A program made the translations under genes and the position numbers. The notes beneath the pieces were generated by a model. It saw only the letters and a list, made by a program, of their open reading frames with translations, was not told where the DNA came from and did not search any database. 64,000 nucleotides of DNA, taken from NCBI GenBank assembly GCA_963770215.1, contig CAVYOP010000014.1, forward strand, positions 396,940 through 460,939, read 5' to 3'. Positions 61,601 through 64,000 of the stretch are shown piece by piece. Each line of letters starts with the position of its first letter. Position 1 is the first letter of the stretch. The stretch is from an uncultured Acidobacteriota bacterium (lineage in GTDB: Bacteria; Acidobacteriota; Blastocatellia; Pyrinomonadales; Pyrinomonadaceae).

Positions 61601-64000
61601 ATTGAGAAGCTGTTGCGCAGCAAAAAGACTCAGCGGCAACGAATGACGGCCCGCGTCAATCACGATGTTTGGGCCGTTCAGGTCGAACATGTGAGTGATC
61701 CGGCTCGCCGTCACGTTGGGCATCAAGCCCGGAAGTGTGTATGGACCAGAGGGAACGTTCCGGTTGCGAATACGATCGACAGTCTTGTCGAGCACCCGAT
61801 TGACGTCCGCGTCTGAGAGCGCGCCGTTTCGAGTGGCGCTGAGCACCTGGCGGCGTAACCGGTCAGCAAAGACGCGTTCGTTGGCGCGTCTGCCACGTTC
61901 AGTTTTTGACTCGATGCCGAGAACTACGCCGATCTCGTTCTTGAATCGTTCCCAACCTTTAGGCAATCCTTCAAGCGCGTTTGAAGCTGCCAGTGCCGCT
62001 AAAAACTGGCTCGGGTCCATGTGGTCCGTGACGTCCGGAAGCAGCATCTTCCGGGGCGGCAGGCGGAGAGACTCGCGCGCGAAGCGCGAATTGTGTGACG
62101 CGGCACGGCCGGCGACGCCGTCGCTGTCGGGAAAGAGATTAGCAACGCTGACCACCGCCAACTGTTTGGAAACCGCTTTTTTCTCCGGCAGCTTCTGGCA
62201 AAGCTGGCGATGATATGGCTCGTCAAAGTCCTCGAGGATCAGATGTGCATTGGTTCCACCAAATCCAAATCCGTTGATCGCGGCGCGTCGTGGAAAGTTG
62301 TTGACGTTAGCAGGCCACGCATGCGAGCTCTGCGAAATCGCAAACTGCGAACCAGCCAGATCGATCTCCGGACTCGGCGAAACGTAGTTGTACTGTTTGG
62401 GAATTACTCTCGCTTGAAACGCTTTGCAAATCTTGATTATCGAAGCAACTCCGGCAACCCACCCGGTGTGTCCGATCAAAGCCTTAACACTGCCAAGTTC
62501 GATGCGGGCAGACTCAGGCGCTTGCGGCAGCACGTCTTTCAACGCATTGAATTCAACTGCATCGCCGACGAGTGTGGCCGTTGCGTGGGCCTCTACATAT
62601 TGAATAGTCGTGATATCGACGGCCGCATTCTCATAAGCGCGGCGAATGGCGATCGCCTGCCCCTTTGCCTGCGGCACATTGATCGACGGACTTCTGCCGT
62701 CGCTCGATAACCCAAGGCCCCTGATCACGCCGTGAATGCGATCGCCGTCACGCAACGCGTCGGGTAATCTCTTGAGTACGAGGATTCCGGCGCCGTCGCC
62801 GAAAACTACTCCTTCGGCAGCAGCGTCAAACGGGCGGCTCTGTTCCTGGGCCAACCCTTTGAACTGTGCAAACAGAGTGTTGTTCGCCGGTCCCGGCGCG
62901 AACACGCCACCGGCTAACACAAGATCGCACTCGTCGTCCTGCAGACTCTTGAGTCCGAAATAAACTGAATACAACGACGACGAGCAGGCGGTATCGACGA
63001 CGTAAGTCGGGAAACGCGAACCGGCGACCTTCTTGACGACAGCTTCATAGATCTGATGTTGCGTCAGGCGGTCAGCGTCACCGCGTCGATAAACTGAAAT
63101 CTGGTCCAACAGGCGACGAAAAGCGCCGTTGACGTTTTCCGGTTCGTCGAGGCTGGCGACGATATCGTGCACGCTGTCAGAGAACAGAGCGTCGTCGTAC
63201 TCCTTCGATCCGTCCGCGGTAGCTCCGAGTATGCATTGCATTCTCGGGGAGCCGGAATGCTTCACGGTGAGCGAGGAAAGACTCTGGGCCAGGGCAAGCG
63301 CAAGAAGTTTTTGTCCGTTCGTAAGCGCGCCGAACTCGTCTTCCGAATACGACGCGGAGAGGAGCGCCGCATCGTATGGAATGTCAACTATGCTGCCGTG
63401 CAAAAGCGTGTAAGTCTTGTCCGGCGTGATGGCGACTGTGGAAGATTTGCTCTCGATCAGGAAGTCAGATCTCACTGACGGATCAGTCGCGCTGAGATCC
63501 GTGATGCCCGACACGCCGTTCAGAATGTTTGACCAATAATGGTCCGGGCCGTTCGCGCCCGGAAGCACACAGCCCAGCGAAACGATAGCGATCGGGATCT
63601 CTTCACATTGCTCGGCAGGATAAACGAGCTCCGGTTCAATACTCGGCTCTGGAGTTAGACCGCCAACTACACGACGGGCCTGCTCCACGAGTTGAGACAT
63701 CTCCTCGACAATCAGGGAAAGGCGCTCCTGCATTTGTTCGGCAAGCAGTCGCGGCTCACGTTGTGGTCCAACCTCACCGATTACTTGTTCCAAACCTTCG
63801 CGAAGACTTTTGTCGGTTGCGGCAGTAAGCGAGGTCTTGATCTCGGCAGCGTGCCCGGCAAGGTTCTGCTCGATTATCTTTGTGACTATGTTACCCGCGC
63901 CGCATTCCACGTAGTTGCGGTATCCACTCTCGTAAAGAGTGCTGACAACTTTCCTGAAATCGAGACGGCGAATAAATTGTGAGGAGAGGGCCTGGGCCAG
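58685..64000 (-). CDS. Iterative type I PKS / PUFA-synthase-like protein: (AT C-terminus)-KS-truncated CLF-like-KR-DH. The 5' end is outside the window.
   Basis: The frame is open to the window edge (LAQALSSQFIRRLDFRKVVSTLYESGYRNYVECGAGNIV = AT C-terminal end). KS: VDTACSSSLYS (Cys codon 62984..62986), YVEAHATAT, GSVKALIGHTG. Second KS-like half with IDAGRHSL (no Cys). KR: VVIATGGARGVTAV, SSAFSYMGNDGQPDYGAANE. DH: HLVDGVPTLPG. Confidence 0.85.
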   Translation of the reverse strand: MAQALSSQFIRRLDFRKVVSTLYESGYRNYVECGAGNIVTKIIEQNLAGHAAEIKTSLTAATDKSLREGLEQVIGEVGPQREPRLLAEQMQERLSLIVEEMSQLVEQARRVVGGLTPEPSIEPELVYPAEQCEEIPIAIVSLGCVLPGANGPDHYWSNILNGVSGITDLSATDPSVRSDFLIESKSSTVAITPDKTYTLLHGSIVDIPYDAALLSASYSEDEFGALTNGQKLLALALAQSLSSLTVKHSGSPRMQCILGATADGSKEYDDALFSDSVHDIVASLDEPENVNGAFRRLLDQISVYRRGDADRLTQHQIYEAVVKKVAGSRFPTYVVDTACSSSLYSVYFGLKSLQDDECDLVLAGGVFAPGPANNTLFAQFKGLAQEQSRPFDAAAEGVVFGDGAGILVLKRLPDALRDGDRIHGVIRGLGLSSDGRSPSINVPQAKGQAIAIRRAYENAAVDITTIQYVEAHATATLVGDAVEFNALKDVLPQAPESARIELGSVKALIGHTGWVAGVASIIKICKAFQARVIPKQYNYVSPSPEIDLAGSQFAISQSSHAWPANVNNFPRRAAINGFGFGGTNAHLILEDFDEPYHRQLCQKLPEKKAVSKQLAVVSVANLFPDSDGVAGRAASHNSRFARESLRLPPRKMLLPDVTDHMDPSQFLAALAASNALEGLPKGWERFKNEIGVVLGIESKTERGRRANERVFADRLRRQVLSATRNGALSDADVNRVLDKTVDRIRNRNVPSGPYTLPGLMPNVTASRITHMFDLNGPNIVIDAGRHSLPLSLFAAQQLLNHGACKIVLAGAINANTKAGSNDAECAVLLGLTTVETAESEGLPILSTLRLDRTHENFGLQQSTNGDRARNYRGAEGVTEILDALQKTREQGAPTAFRETSGPFTGRSLVFEPTVEIQTPAAPAPEIAPDPPRSHAYVQGTPIRFYSPRLIAAKATGEPKTLKDRKILFVIDQPDHWSMLESSGALAPFDYRVVCAGDRRLAKLLPLDLASDESVAESLMALDQFDFDVIIAIKTLEGRRQESLLRDGSHTELRWIESLFSVCRKSYDTIKSRRIPIVALCLNAYHDELLDPYTGLASGFIKSLARELDGPLCRVINTDSGSFYEALRCVEIELGQADDAVEVCYRAGARSTFTLVPIERLSQSNTPYIDSDSVVIATGGARGVTAVLIEDLLRKAGCRVIALGRTDPNSAPEHVRAMDEQTLANYEAEFYRQGMAEGKKKITELKQEYRAFRAANEVHRLTSELQAISGRYEYHSVDIVNREAIEQVVAEVYRKYGRVDLVLHGAGIQISKALTKKSIHDFRKIVATKLDGLSNLYNACEKHRNGQPVHFHILTSAFSYMGNDGQPDYGAANEAMNRIAECMNSVSNEAHWSSMAWLGWAGIGMTRDSEFAALAASRRLRGVTKEEGQRIFAELMQGPPSTPVNILMADGEIDFYKVAISSAAAEVPAAPVKLLRDSCVIEREISVENIPYLNNHLVDGVPTLPGAFVISVFADAAQELRPNLKIISFEHAGFRRFTKVFKQRKTRLRVESHIVSEDDASTVVQVRILSDFVHSSGITLQKDVLQHEILVRMAAQCAAPPRTSRDSVINGSALPDPFTMSGSSVLLSGPFDAIKNLIVGPDHRSAHLRLDNVNDCSAGQQALLAKIVLMDSLWRFGVIRVEGNALPVFVPEACEVMKIFFDFHDFVLPLSSPLTLYGANPRPDGERLHMGPVEATDENGNTLVIVERGICRRFGEVTSVHGLYTKVSSAGS

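Noticed and set aside
58892-63478. Numerous 60-170-aa plus-strand ORFs across the PKS gene (for example 61695..62213 and 62210..62710).
   Set aside because: They are antisense to a continuous 5.3-kb ORF with clear KS/KR/DH motifs. Their Arg/Ser/Ala-rich composition is typical of GC-rich shadow frames. The same reasoning applies to antisense ORFs over ppk1, the kinases, the TonB receptor and the di-haem gene.
1-64000. Programmed ribosomal frameshifting as an explanation for the split genes.
   Set aside because: There are too many events, often several per gene. No slippery heptamer plus structure pattern is visible. The junctions I could place sit in plain short homopolymers.

Overview
This 64 kb window looks like chromosomal DNA from a moderately high-GC soil bacterium. 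The gene content resembles Acidobacteria: an Oar-type CarboxypepD_reg/TonB receptor, a PEP-CTERM protein, and beta-propeller/Y_Y_Y sensor kinases. That assignment is inferred from gene content only.

There are three biosynthetic loci:
- (1) 1-8164, minus strand: a lipopeptide locus. It runs cyclic-peptide ABC exporter, sulfotransferase-SCP2 fusion, FAAL-ACP, then an NRPS C-A-PCP module that leaves the window.
- (2) 19992-22567, minus strand: a lasso-peptide locus in the order B1(PqqD)-B2-C-A. It includes a 44-aa precursor ORF that is absent from the ORF track. It is wedged between LuxR/HisKA_3 two-component systems and lies co-directionally downstream of a ppx-CHAD-ppk1 polyphosphate operon.
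- (3) 44789-64000, minus strand: a tightly packed 13-gene array. It combines a pfa-like iterative PKS (AT..KS-CLF-like-KR-DH, 5' end outside the window), a PPTase, an ACP-ACP-SDR protein, a DUF1702 protein and a flavin halogenase. It then continues with a di-haem peroxidase, an acyl desaturase, a catalase-related haemoprotein and an UnbV(ASPIC)/UnbU-like pair. I consider this the best candidate for an undescribed system.

Three families of MITE-like palindromic elements are visible. One sits in-frame inside the FAAL gene with a 9-bp target-site duplication. One carries three perfect 111-bp internal tandem units.

Other genes are a ParE/antitoxin pair, redoxin, VOC, DoxX, M28 peptidase, an AI-2E transporter and a 1288-aa secreted multidomain protein.

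Many genes have broken reading frames, and the breaks cluster in patches. Without reads I cannot tell real pseudogenes from indel errors. No rRNA, tRNA or CRISPR array was recognised.
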